Shown one piece after another: positions 26,986-36,345 of a stretch of DNA of 44,605 nucleotides. This DNA is from Ilumatobacteraceae bacterium (GTDB lineage: Bacteria; Actinomycetota; Acidimicrobiia; Acidimicrobiales; Ilumatobacteraceae). Under the pieces are notes generated by a model. That model worked only from the letters and a program-made list of their open reading frames with translations. It did no database searches and had not been told where the DNA came from. Numbering within the stretch: the stretch's first letter is position 1; each line of letters opens with the position of its first letter. A program made the position numbers and the translations under genes. Where the stretch lies: NCBI GenBank assembly GCA_016462185.1, contig JAEMTQ010000002.1, forward strand, positions 1 through 44,605, in the 5' to 3' direction.

Positions 26986-28988
26986 TTTTCGCTTGATTCG
27001 TTAGATTTTTTTGGTGCGCCAGGCGATGGCTCAACAATTTGTGGTCTGCCGAGTCCGTCTTGAACAAGGCGAGCAACGGTCGCGCCGTCGATAGTTTCTT
27101 GCTCGAGCAGGCTCTGAGCCACAAGATCAAGACCTGCACGATTCTTTTCGAGCAAGACTTTTGCGCGGGCTTCTTGCTCGCGAAGGATTAATCCAATTTC
27201 TGAGTCGATCATTCGAGCGGTCTCGTCTGAGTATTCGCGACCGTTAGTCATCAAGTCTTCGCCTAAAAAGACCTGCTGCTGCGAACTCCAGGCCATTGGG
27301 CCAACCGCGTCGCTCATTCCCCATTCGCGCACCATTCGTCGCGCAATTGAAGTTGCCTGCTCGAGGTCGTTTGCGGCGCCACTATTCAAATGACCAAACA
27401 CAATCATTTCTGCAACACGGCCACCCATGGCTTTGCAGATCATGTCTTTGAAGTAGTCACGAGAATATGTATGTCGCTCTTCTGGCAGAGTCCATGTAAC
27501 ACCAAGCGCCATGCCACGCGGCAAGATCGTCACTTTGTGCAGTGGATCACTGTGGGGTAGAACAGTTGCAAGAACCGCGTGACCACCTTCGTGATATGCA
27601 GTTGCTCGTTTTTCTTCGGCGTTAAGGATCAAACTTTCACGACGAGCACCCATGATCACTCGGTCACGGGCATTTTCGAAGTCGATGTGTTCAATAACTT
27701 TTGAGCCTCGACGCACGGCGAGCAACGCCGATTCATTGACAAGGTTTGCAAGATCTGCGCCACTCATTCCTGGTGTTGCTTTGGCCATCGTGTCGAGAAC
27801 GACGTCGGTACCCATTCGCTTGCCTTTTGAGTGCACGGTCAGAATCGCCAAGCGCTCTTCACATTCCGGCAACGGCATTATTACTTGACGATCGAAGCGA
27901 CCTGGTCGCAAAAGTGCTGCATCCAAAATGTCAGGACGGTTTGTCGCCGCCATAACAATCACGCCTTCTGTTGTTTCGAATCCGTCCATTTCGGCGAGCA
28001 ATTGATTTAAAGTCTGCTCACGCTCGTCATGTCCGCCACCAAGACCTGCGCCACGCTTTCGTCCGATTGAGTCAATTTCGTCAACGAAAATAATTGCTCT
28101 ACCCATTTTGCGGGCTTGCTGAAAGAGATCGCGCACGCGACTTGCGCCGACGCCGACGAACATTTCCATGAAGTCAGAACCCGTCACCGACAAAAAGCCA
28201 ACACCTGCTTCGCCAGCCACCGCACGCGCGAAAAGAGTTTTGCCCGTGCCCGGAGGGCCAACTAGCAAAACACCTTTAGGAACGCGAGCACCGATCTCTT
28301 TGAAGCTCTCTGGCATTTTCAAGAAGTCAACAACCTCGCGAATCTCTTGCTTGACGCCGTCATATCCGGCAACGTCGGCAAATGTAGTGGCGGGTTTATC
28401 GGCGTTGTAGTTTTTGGCTCGGCTACGACCGATCGACATGATGCTTCCGGCTTGACCCATGGCTCGACGTTGCATCCAAACGAAAAAACCCATGATCAAA
28501 ATGAATGGCAATAGAAGTGGAATCAAATTCGTAAAGAAGTTGCCTTGCGGTGTCGCATAGTCATAGTCGACACCTTTTTCTTTGAGCAAAGTTTCGTCTG
28601 CATCAGAAAGAATCACGGCACCGGTCGTCGCGAATTCGCTGCCGTCTTTGAGGGTTCCGCTGATCTCATTCGAAAGATTGTTGATTTGAACTTGTGTCAC
28701 TTGATTTTGTTTGACAAGTTCCAGAAACTCTGTGTACGAAACTTTCGTAGCGGTGGATGCTGGCCACAATCGAGGTCCGGCTATCAATAAGACGACCACG
28801 GCCACGATTGCCCATGTCGCCCAACGGGGCATGTTTGGTTTTTCGGTGTCGCTACTTACATTTGATTTTTTTTGAGTCTTTTTTGAAGACTTCTTGTTCA
28901 AAAAATTTGCAGGCTTCTTGCGGGCGGCAGGCTTACGCTTTGACGACGAAGGCTTTGCTGGTGGCGGTGGGGGAGGAAGTTTGGTCAC
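26982..28988 (-). CDS. ftsH: ATP-dependent zinc metalloprotease FtsH
   Basis: It carries Walker A GPPGTGKT, Walker [10 protein letters not shown], the SRH segment [20 protein letters not shown] and the zinc site HEGGHA. The GTG start at 28988 gives a Pro/Lys-rich extension of about 55 aa. An alternative ATG lies at 28832. Confidence 0.9.
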   Translation of the reverse strand: MTKLPPPPPPAKPSSSKRKPAARKKPANFLNKKSSKKTQKKSNVSSDTEKPNMPRWATWAIVAVVVLLIAGPRLWPASTATKVSYTEFLELVKQNQVTQVQINNLSNEISGTLKDGSEFATTGAVILSDADETLLKEKGVDYDYATPQGNFFTNLIPLLLPFILIMGFFVWMQRRAMGQAGSIMSIGRSRAKNYNADKPATTFADVAGYDGVKQEIREVVDFLKMPESFKEIGARVPKGVLLVGPPGTGKTLFARAVAGEAGVGFLSVTGSDFMEMFVGVGASRVRDLFQQARKMGRAIIFVDEIDSIGRKRGAGLGGGHDEREQTLNQLLAEMDGFETTEGVIVMAATNRPDILDAALLRPGRFDRQVIMPLPECEERLAILTVHSKGKRMGTDVVLDTMAKATPGMSGADLANLVNESALLAVRRGSKVIEHIDFENARDRVIMGARRESLILNAEEKRATAYHEGGHAVLATVLPHSDPLHKVTILPRGMALGVTWTLPEERHTYSRDYFKDMICKAMGGRVAEMIVFGHLNSGAANDLEQATSIARRMVREWGMSDAVGPMAWSSQQQVFLGEDLMTNGREYSDETARMIDSEIGLILREQEARAKVLLEKNRAGLDLVAQSLLEQETIDGATVARLVQDGLGRPQIVEPSPGAPKKSNESSEN

Positions 28989-29017
28989 GCTTTTAATGAT
29001 ACGACCCGATGTTGAAA

Positions 29018-29059
29018 CCCTGCAATGGCGAATGTCTCGTTCTCGGCAGGGTATTCGCC
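29018..29059. other. interleaved double inverted repeat (candidate pseudoknot or two mutually exclusive hairpins) in the ftsH/DUF3499 divergent region
   Basis: CCCTGC (29018-23) pairs with GCAGGG (29046-51). GGCGAAT (29027-33) pairs with ATTCGCC (29053-59). The arms are ordered a-b-a'-b'. Confidence 0.4.
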
Positions 29060-29108
29060 TGACTTGAAATCCCCTGTGGCCGATGACTCATCAATTATTG
29101 TTATCTCT

Positions 29109-29339
29109 ATGGTTCGTCGTTGTTCACGTTGCACATGTAACGAACTCGCAACAATTACTTTGACCTATCAATACAGTCGTGCCTTGGTATGGATAGATGA
29201 CTTGACCGCCGAGCGAGATCCGCACGCTTATGATTTGTGCGATCGACACGGCGTAAGAATTACGGCTCCGTCTGGTTGGAGGCTCGAAGATCGCCGCAAC
29301 CGTTTCAGAGTTGTAATGCCAAACCGCCTCGCGGGATGA
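29109..29339 (+). CDS. DUF3499-type conserved actinobacterial protein
   Basis: RRCSRCTCNELATITLTYQYSRALVWIDDL...YDLCDRHGVRITAPSGWRLEDRR matches my recollection of the DUF3499 pattern. I chose the ATG at 29109. The track start at 29025 would add 28 residues. Confidence 0.65.
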   Translation: MVRRCSRCTCNELATITLTYQYSRALVWIDDLTAERDPHAYDLCDRHGVRITAPSGWRLEDRRNRFRVVMPNRLAG

Positions 29340-30079
29340 ACCAATCGCCGTGGGCTCCGCCCTATGGGCAGGAGCCGGCAAGAAGCCAAACTTTTAATCT
29401 AAAGACGGTCATTTTGACTTGGACCGCGAGTTACTTCGTGGCGCTGTTCGTCAGTTCGGCAATTCTCGTGGCAACTGGCAACACAGACATAGTTTCTGGC
29501 AAAGAACCGAAGTGGTTCTTGGGTGTTTCTGCGCTTGCACTTTGGGTTCCGTTCATTATCGGTTTGTATCTGGTCTCACAGAAACTTGGTAGTCAAAGAT
29601 TTTCGAGCGACTTTTTTTTAAAGTTTCGGCGTGTCGATCTTTGGGGTCTTCCGATTGGCATCGCAGGTCAGCTTGTTCTCGTCGGGCTTGTGACTTGGCC
29701 ATTTCGTGTTTTGTTCCCTGAAAAATTTGCTCCAGAACTGATTGAGAAGCGAGCGCAAGACTTATTTAACAACGCAACTGGCCCATGGTTGATCGTTTTG
29801 ATTTTGGTCGTTGTCATTGGCGCACCGTTTGTTGAAGAGTTGGTATACCGCGGCTTTATTCAGTCAGGATTAAAAAACCGTTTAGGAAGTTCAGCTGCTG
29901 TCGTTATTACTGCCGTTTGGTTTGCTGCCGTCCACCTTCAACTTGTCGAGTTTCCCGGCCTGCTCGCGTTTGCGCTCGTCCTCGGTTTTTGTTTTCATCG
30001 AACTCACAGAATTGGCATGTCAATTGTTGCGCATGTCGCGTTTAATGCGACTGGTTTGTTGCTCGTGGCCCTGCTCTAA
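29336..30079 (+). CDS. CPBP family intramembrane glutamic endopeptidase (CAAX protease-like)
   Basis: It carries the motifs PFVEELVYRGF, FAAVH and HVAFN. The ATG at 29336 forms an ATGA overlap with the DUF3499 stop. Confidence 0.8.
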   Translation: MNQSPWAPPYGQEPARSQTFNLKTVILTWTASYFVALFVSSAILVATGNTDIVSGKEPKWFLGVSALALWVPFIIGLYLVSQKLGSQRFSSDFFLKFRRVDLWGLPIGIAGQLVLVGLVTWPFRVLFPEKFAPELIEKRAQDLFNNATGPWLIVLILVVVIGAPFVEELVYRGFIQSGLKNRLGSSAAVVITAVWFAAVHLQLVEFPGLLAFALVLGFCFHRTHRIGMSIVAHVAFNATGLLLVALL

Positions 30080-30115
30080 TCAAGAACAACTATTCACGAC
30101 TAGAGTTTCTACGCA

Positions 30116-32542
30116 GTGAAGCAAATTAATTTTCGCAGTTGGACCGCTCAGCAAATTACTTCGGCTGTGATCGTTGCTGGTTCAACTTTGATGTTGTTAA
30201 TGACCCTGCACCCAGAGTTGATATTGCGAAACAACACGCCAACTGGCGGAGACATGGGCGCACATGTCTATGGTCCGGCGTTCTTGCGTGATTTTTTGTT
30301 GCCTCATTTTCGCTTAACGGGTTGGAGCAATGACTGGTACTCGGGTTTTCCGATGTATCGCTTCTACATGGTTCTGCCCGCACTTGCAGTTTTGCTAATT
30401 GATCTGATCTTGCCGTATGGCATCGCGTTGAAAATTATTGCCGTTCTCGGAATCTTGACCCTGCCGGTTTGCGTTTGGCTTTTTGGCAAGTTTGCAAAAT
30501 TTCTCTTTCCGATTCCTGAACTGTTGACATTGGCATCTGTTGTCTTTTTGTACGACGAGAGTTTTACGATTTACGGCGGCAATATCGCATCAACAATGGC
30601 CGGTGAGTTTTCGTTTTCAATTTCGTTGTCACTAGCTATTTTGACTTTCGGGCTTTTAATTCGAGCTTTTGAAGAACATCGAGGCAAGATGCTGACTGCT
30701 GTTGTGCTTGCTCTTGGCGCATTGAGTCACGGCATTGTTTTGTTGTTCGTTTTCGGTGGAGTAGTGCTGCTGGCCGCAATTTGGTACACCAAAAAGACAA
30801 CAATCACCGCTGTAACAATTTCTGTCACGGCAATTTTGCTTTCTTCGTTTTGGGTTTTGCCGTTCTTGACTGGTCACGCATATATGACCGATATGAAATA
30901 TGAACCAAGACCGAGTGGCGCGAGTGATTCTTTTTGGAAAATGTATTTTCCTTTGGCAACTTTTTGGGATGTCCTGATTTTTGTTTTTGCTTGCGTGGGT
31001 TTCGCAGTGTTCGTCAAGCGTCGCAATCGAACCGGCATCTGGATGGGTGTCTATTGCGTCGTGTTGGTGTTTGGTGTCTACTTTGGACGCGAGAGTTTGC
31101 CAGTAATCGGTTTGTTATGGAATCCACGGCTATTGCCATTCTTATATTTGTTGCGCTATTTCCTCATGTTCGTTGGCATGTATGAGTCAGTAATTTGGTT
31201 GATGGGTTTTTATCAACTGCAGCGCCTGGGCCGACAGGCTTTAACCCGCAGTCCAGATCAAGAATTAATTCCACTTGCCTCAGTGCGTGAAAATGCGCGA
31301 TTTAACTTGTCATGGATAACAGCGATGACCGTCTTGGTGGTTGGCGTGATTGGTTTTCGTTTTCAAGAAATGCCGTTTGGCAAAATCACAACAAATGCGG
31401 CGGGCGAGACAATATATAAATGGGGTTTGATCACTACAAAAGCGTCCAACGACGGTTTTGTTGATGGTTGGGCTCGCTGGAACTTCACCGGTTACGAAGG
31501 TAAGAGTGCCTATGCCGAGTATCGCACCGTCGTAGAAACTATGAAGGGTTTGGGTGAAGACCCGCAACATGGTTGTGGTCGCGCACTTTGGGAGAACAAC
31601 GGCGAACTCAATAAATATGGCACGACGATGTCTCTAATGCTTTTGCCGCACTGGACAAATGGTTGTATCGGTTCGATGGAAGGCTTGAACTTTGAGGCTT
31701 CGGGTACGACGGCATATCACTTCATCGCTGCTGCGGCAATGTCAAAGCAGAGCAGCAATCCTGTGCGCGAACTTCGCTACGACGACAACAACGCGGGTCT
31801 TGGTGTGAGGTATTTGCAAGAACTTGGGGTGCGCTATTACATGGCGTTTACTGCTGAGGCAATCAATCAAGCAAACATGCAGGCGGCGCTTGTCAAAGTT
31901 GCTCAAAGCGGACCGTGGTCGATTTATCAAGTGGCCGAAAGTGAACTAGTTGTACCGATGAAAGTTCAACCGGTTATTGCCACGAACAGCCAGTCTGATC
32001 CCAAAGAGCGTTGGCTCGAGATCGGAACGAGTTGGTTTCAACATCCAGAAGATTGGGCGGCGACACCAGTTGAAAGCGGGCCTGATTCATGGCAAACAGT
32101 TGACGTGGTAGTTGATTTGAATCGCCGACAAGGCGAACCCAACGACCCGTCGCGACGAGTCGACATCGTGACTGCTTCGCAGCAAATAAATGTAGTCGAG
32201 CTACCGGTAGTGCAAGTTAGCAATACAAAGCTTGAAGACGAGGCCATAAGTTTCACAGTCGACAAAGTTGGCGTACCTGTGCTTGTACGAATGAGTTACT
32301 TTCCGAATTGGAAAGTAACTGGAGCCAGTGGTCCATATCGAGTGGCGCCAAACATGATGGTTGTAATTCCAACGCAGAAAGATGTTCGACTTCATTACGG
32401 CTATACAAAGATTGATTTCTTTGCATACTTTTTGACGTTGGCAGGCATTGGCGTTCTGGTCGTGCGATGGCGCGGTCGACAAGTTGCACAGCGGCGAAAA
32501 CTTGCAAACGCAAATCGCGACCAGCAACTTGTGACGGCTTGA
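30116..32542 (+). CDS. large polytopic membrane protein of unknown function (GT-C-like architecture)
   Basis: GTG start, 808 aa. About 11-13 TM segments occupy the first 400 aa. A soluble domain of about 370 aa follows, then a terminal TM and a basic tail (RWRGR). The function is inferred only from architecture and context. Confidence 0.5.
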   Translation: MKQINFRSWTAQQITSAVIVAGSTLMLLMTLHPELILRNNTPTGGDMGAHVYGPAFLRDFLLPHFRLTGWSNDWYSGFPMYRFYMVLPALAVLLIDLILPYGIALKIIAVLGILTLPVCVWLFGKFAKFLFPIPELLTLASVVFLYDESFTIYGGNIASTMAGEFSFSISLSLAILTFGLLIRAFEEHRGKMLTAVVLALGALSHGIVLLFVFGGVVLLAAIWYTKKTTITAVTISVTAILLSSFWVLPFLTGHAYMTDMKYEPRPSGASDSFWKMYFPLATFWDVLIFVFACVGFAVFVKRRNRTGIWMGVYCVVLVFGVYFGRESLPVIGLLWNPRLLPFLYLLRYFLMFVGMYESVIWLMGFYQLQRLGRQALTRSPDQELIPLASVRENARFNLSWITAMTVLVVGVIGFRFQEMPFGKITTNAAGETIYKWGLITTKASNDGFVDGWARWNFTGYEGKSAYAEYRTVVETMKGLGEDPQHGCGRALWENNGELNKYGTTMSLMLLPHWTNGCIGSMEGLNFEASGTTAYHFIAAAAMSKQSSNPVRELRYDDNNAGLGVRYLQELGVRYYMAFTAEAINQANMQAALVKVAQSGPWSIYQVAESELVVPMKVQPVIATNSQSDPKERWLEIGTSWFQHPEDWAATPVESGPDSWQTVDVVVDLNRRQGEPNDPSRRVDIVTASQQINVVELPVVQVSNTKLEDEAISFTVDKVGVPVLVRMSYFPNWKVTGASGPYRVAPNMMVVIPTQKDVRLHYGYTKIDFFAYFLTLAGIGVLVVRWRGRQVAQRRKLANANRDQQLVTA

Positions 32543-32562
32543 CGCGAATAGACTCGTTTGTC

Positions 32563-33915
32563 GTGCCAAATTTAGATGCAATAGTCAAGGCTTATGACAT
32601 TCGGGGCACAGTACCCGACCAACTTGATTCGGTCGCTGCACACGCGCTTGGTGTCGCGTTTGCAAAATTCGCAAATGCGAAAATGATCGTCGTCGCCCAC
32701 GACATGCGACCGAGTGGGCCAGATTTAGTCGAGGCATTTCAAAGAGGTGTCACCGAACAAGGTGTTGATGTAATCAATCTGGGACTCGCAAGCACCGACA
32801 TGCTCTATTTTGCCTCGGGCAAATTAGATGCACCAGGGGCAATGTTCACCGCTTCGCATAATCCCGCCCAGTACAACGGCATCAAGTGTTGTTTGTCGGG
32901 CGCAAGATCCATCGGCATTGACAATGGTTTGCGCGAAATAAAAGTAATCGCGCAAGATGTCATAAATGGAACCGGGCCGCCGAATGCAAAAACGCCAGGT
33001 GAAGTAACCAAAAAAAATATGCTCGCCGAATTCGTGGATCATGTTGTTGGGTTCATCGATGTCACAGCAATAAGCAAGCTGAGAGTTGTCGCCGATACGG
33101 CCAACGGCATGGGCGGACTTGTCGCTCCCGCAGTTTTTGATCGACTCAAGAAATTTGAAGTTGAGATCATGTACGGGGAGCTTGACGGCACTTTTCCAAA
33201 TCATCCGGCAGATCCGATTCAGCCTGCGAACCAACGCGATCTGCAAGCAAGAGTGATTGCAGGGAAATTCGACGTCGGATTGGCTTTTGACGGAGACGCT
33301 GATCGCGTCTTTTTGGTGGACGAGACCGGCAAGAGCGTTTCTGGAAGTACGACTACTGCATTGTTGGCCTCGGTCTTTTTGCGAGAGAACCCCAATGCGA
33401 CAATTTTGTACAACTTGATTTGTTCAAGAATTGTGCCTGAGACGATCACGGAACTCGGTGGCAAACCAATTCGCACAAAGAATGGACACAGTTATATGAA
33501 GCAAGTAATGGCACAAACCGGTGCCGTATTTGCTGGTGAACATTCGGGGCACTACTACTTTGCAGACAACTATCGGGCAGATAGCGGTCTGATTGCAACG
33601 ATGGTTATTTTGGGCGAAATGTGCCGGACGGGAAAGTCACTCTCAGAGTTGCGCAAACCATTTGAAAAATATGCGAACTCTGGTGAGATCAACACTCAGG
33701 TCGAAGACATGCAGGTTGTTATTGATCGAGTAACCAAGAAGTATTCGGCCTTTCCACAAGACCACTTAGATGGCTTGACTGTCGATTGCGGTTCGTGGTG
33801 GTTCAACGTTCGACCATCAAATACAGAGCCACTTTTACGCTTGAATCTTGAAGCAGCGACTCGCGAAGAGTGTGACGAGCACGTCGCCGAGTTGTTGATG
33901 CTCATCACTGCTTAA
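32563..33915 (+). CDS. manB: phosphomannomutase/phosphoglucomutase
   Basis: It carries the active-site segment FTASHNPAQYNGIK, the metal loop AFDGDADR and GEHSGHY. I set the start to the GTG at 32563 (VPNLDAIVKAYDIRG), just after the upstream stop. Confidence 0.85.
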   Translation: MPNLDAIVKAYDIRGTVPDQLDSVAAHALGVAFAKFANAKMIVVAHDMRPSGPDLVEAFQRGVTEQGVDVINLGLASTDMLYFASGKLDAPGAMFTASHNPAQYNGIKCCLSGARSIGIDNGLREIKVIAQDVINGTGPPNAKTPGEVTKKNMLAEFVDHVVGFIDVTAISKLRVVADTANGMGGLVAPAVFDRLKKFEVEIMYGELDGTFPNHPADPIQPANQRDLQARVIAGKFDVGLAFDGDADRVFLVDETGKSVSGSTTTALLASVFLRENPNATILYNLICSRIVPETITELGGKPIRTKNGHSYMKQVMAQTGAVFAGEHSGHYYFADNYRADSGLIATMVILGEMCRTGKSLSELRKPFEKYANSGEINTQVEDMQVVIDRVTKKYSAFPQDHLDGLTVDCGSWWFNVRPSNTEPLLRLNLEAATREECDEHVAELLMLITA

Positions 33916-33941
33916 GAGTCGTAAGTGTTATTGTGTAACTC

Positions 33942-34187
33942 GTGTCTACAGGGAAATCTTCGCTAAATCCTCGTCTGCTTGAGATTTTGGCCTGTCCGAA
34001 AGACAAAGGAAACTTGATTTACTTCGAAGATGAAGAGATGCTTTACAACCCGCGTTTGCAGATGCGTTACGAGGTTCGCCAAGGTATCCCGGTGATGTTG
34101 ATTGACGAAGCGATTGTTGTGACTCAAGTTGAGCACGAGCGTCTCGTTGCCAAGGCTGCTCAACTCAATTTAAAAACTACTTTTTAA
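33942..34187 (+). CDS. Trm112 family protein
   Basis: It carries LLEILACPKDKG ... YEVRQGIPVMLIDEA. The start is GTG. Confidence 0.7.
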   Translation: MSTGKSSLNPRLLEILACPKDKGNLIYFEDEEMLYNPRLQMRYEVRQGIPVMLIDEAIVVTQVEHERLVAKAAQLNLKTTF

Positions 34188-34205
34188 AACAAAACAAGGA
34201 GAATC

Positions 34206-35660
34206 ATGTCATCTTCATCATTTGCCGCGCGCAAAGATTATCGAGTTGCAGATCTGTCACTTGCGCCGTTCGGCCGCAAAGAGATTCATCTTGCCGAACA
34301 TGAGATGCCAGGGTTGCGCGCTCTTCGCAAAGAGTTTGGTGTATCAAAGCCTCTAAAGGGAGCGCGAATCTCGGGTTCTTTGCACATGACAATTCAGACT
34401 GCGGTGCTGATTGAGACTCTTGTTCATCTCGGCGCCGAAGTTCGATGGGCCAGTTGCAATATTTTCTCGACTCAAGATCATGCGGCCGCGGCCGTAGTCG
34501 TAGGCCCAGAGGGGACTCAAGAAAATCCTCAAGGTGTGCCTGTTTATGCATGGAAGGGCGAAACGCTCGAAGAGTATTGGTGGGCAACCGACCAAATGAT
34601 GACTTGGCCCGACGGTGATGGACCAAACATGATTCTTGATGATGGCGGCGACGCGACGATGTTGTTGCACAAGGGCGTTGAATATGAAAAGACAGGTGTC
34701 GTTCCAGATCCGACCACGGCAGCAAATCCAGAGTTGGCAATTGTTCTTGGCTTGTTGCAACGAGGTCTGAAGACAAGTCCGAGTCGTTGGACCAAAATGT
34801 CTAAGTTAATCAAAGGCGTTACAGAAGAGACGACAACTGGTGTAAAGCGTCTCTACAAGATGGCTCAAGATAAAGAACTTTTGTTTCCTGCGATCAACGT
34901 CAATGACAGCGTGACGAAAAGCAAGTTCGACAATCTTTACGGCTGTCGACACTCGTTAATAGATGCACTGAACAGAGCCACTGACGTGATGATCGCCGGA
35001 AAGATGGCAGTTGTGTGCGGCTATGGCGACGTGGGCAAGGGTTGTGCTCAAAGTCTTCGTGGGCAGGGAGCTCGCGTTGTTGTGACTGAGATTGATCCGA
35101 TCAATGCACTGCAAGCAGCGATGGAGGGTTACATCGTCGACACATTAGAAAATGTGCTCAAGGTCGCCGACATTTTTGTTACTGCCACCGGCAACGAGGC
35201 AATCGTGACTGCCGAACATATGTCAAAAATGAAACACAATGCCATTGTCTGCAACATCGGCCACTTTGACAACGAGATTGACATGGCAGGTCTTTCTCGC
35301 AGCGGTGCAACTCGAGACGAGCTCAAGCCAGGCACAGATCTTTGGACGTTTAGCGACGGCCATGCAGTAATTGTGCTCGCTGAAGGTCGTCTCGTGAACT
35401 TGGGTTGCGCGACTGGTCATCCAAGTTTTGTTATGAGTTGCTCGTTTACGAACCAAGTAATCGCTCAGATTGAATTGTTCAACAACACCAAGAGTTATCC
35501 GCTTGGTGTTTATGTTTTGCCTAAGCACCTGGACGAAAAAGTTGCATCACTGCATCTTGATGCTCTGGGGGCAAAGTTGACAAAACTCTCAGACGAACAG
35601 TCTGACTATTTGGGTGTTGCTCCGAGTGGGCCATTCAAGGCCGAGCGCTACAGGTATTAA
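34206..35660 (+). CDS. ahcY: adenosylhomocysteinase
   Basis: It carries [16 protein letters not shown], the NAD site [10 protein letters not shown] and [11 protein letters not shown] strong AAGGAG lies 6 nt before the ATG. Confidence 0.95.
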   Translation: MSSSSFAARKDYRVADLSLAPFGRKEIHLAEHEMPGLRALRKEFGVSKPLKGARISGSLHMTIQTAVLIETLVHLGAEVRWASCNIFSTQDHAAAAVVVGPEGTQENPQGVPVYAWKGETLEEYWWATDQMMTWPDGDGPNMILDDGGDATMLLHKGVEYEKTGVVPDPTTAANPELAIVLGLLQRGLKTSPSRWTKMSKLIKGVTEETTTGVKRLYKMAQDKELLFPAINVNDSVTKSKFDNLYGCRHSLIDALNRATDVMIAGKMAVVCGYGDVGKGCAQSLRGQGARVVVTEIDPINALQAAMEGYIVDTLENVLKVADIFVTATGNEAIVTAEHMSKMKHNAIVCNIGHFDNEIDMAGLSRSGATRDELKPGTDLWTFSDGHAVIVLAEGRLVNLGCATGHPSFVMSCSFTNQVIAQIELFNNTKSYPLGVYVLPKHLDEKVASLHLDALGAKLTKLSDEQSDYLGVAPSGPFKAERYRY

Positions 35661-35669
35661 CTACAAAAA

Positions 35670-36287
35670 TTAGATAGTTGGTTTTTTCATTGCCAGACGG
35701 GGCAGAAAAAATTGCACGAGTGGGCCGACGCCCAAAGCAAATGCGAAAGTTGCTATACCAACTTGGCCGCCTAGCAAAAAACCTGTAACAAGTACTGCGA
35801 CTTCAATTGCGGTGCGACCAACTCGAATTGGAATGCCACGCTTGGCCAAACCTGTCATTAATCCGTCACGCGGTCCTGGTCCAAGAGCGCTGCCGATATA
35901 AAGACCCGTGCCCAACGCAACGACAACGATGCCGCCACCTGCCATTGCGACGCGAACGAAAAGATTGCTTGGCTCAGGAATAATCTCTAATGCAATGTCG
36001 GCAACTAAGCCGATCTCTAATGCATTTAATATCGTGCCAAGACCTGGTTTTTGTTTCAGGGGAATCCAAAAGAAAAGTAATACAAACCCTGTAATAACGA
36101 TGACTCTGCCGATGGTGATGCCGGTTTGGTTAGAAACACCTTGGTGAAACACATCCCAGGGTGGTGCGCCAAGATTGGCGTTCATTTGCATCGAGATGCC
36201 AATAGCAAAAATCGCAAGACCACTTAGACAACGAATCAAACGACGACCGAGTCTGTCGCGAAACTCAAGTTGCTCTAGACCTTGCAC
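35670..36287 (-). CDS. YczE/YitT-like membrane protein
   Basis: 205 aa with about five TM segments. The N-terminal pattern GIFAIGISMQMNANLGAPPWDVF is typical of YczE-like proteins. Confidence 0.55.
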   Translation of the reverse strand: MQGLEQLEFRDRLGRRLIRCLSGLAIFAIGISMQMNANLGAPPWDVFHQGVSNQTGITIGRVIVITGFVLLFFWIPLKQKPGLGTILNALEIGLVADIALEIIPEPSNLFVRVAMAGGGIVVVALGTGLYIGSALGPGPRDGLMTGLAKRGIPIRVGRTAIEVAVLVTGFLLGGQVGIATFAFALGVGPLVQFFLPRLAMKKPTI

Positions 36288-36345
36288 GTTGCAACGCTAC
36301 TCGGTTTGACTCAATTTTAATGAGACTGAGCCAGCGCGTTTCTAG

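Noticed and set aside
34188-34205. A possible SAH riboswitch upstream of ahcY.
   Set aside because: Only 18 nt separate the trm112 stop from the ahcY start, and that stretch is essentially just an AAGGAG ribosome-binding site. There is no room for a riboswitch aptamer.
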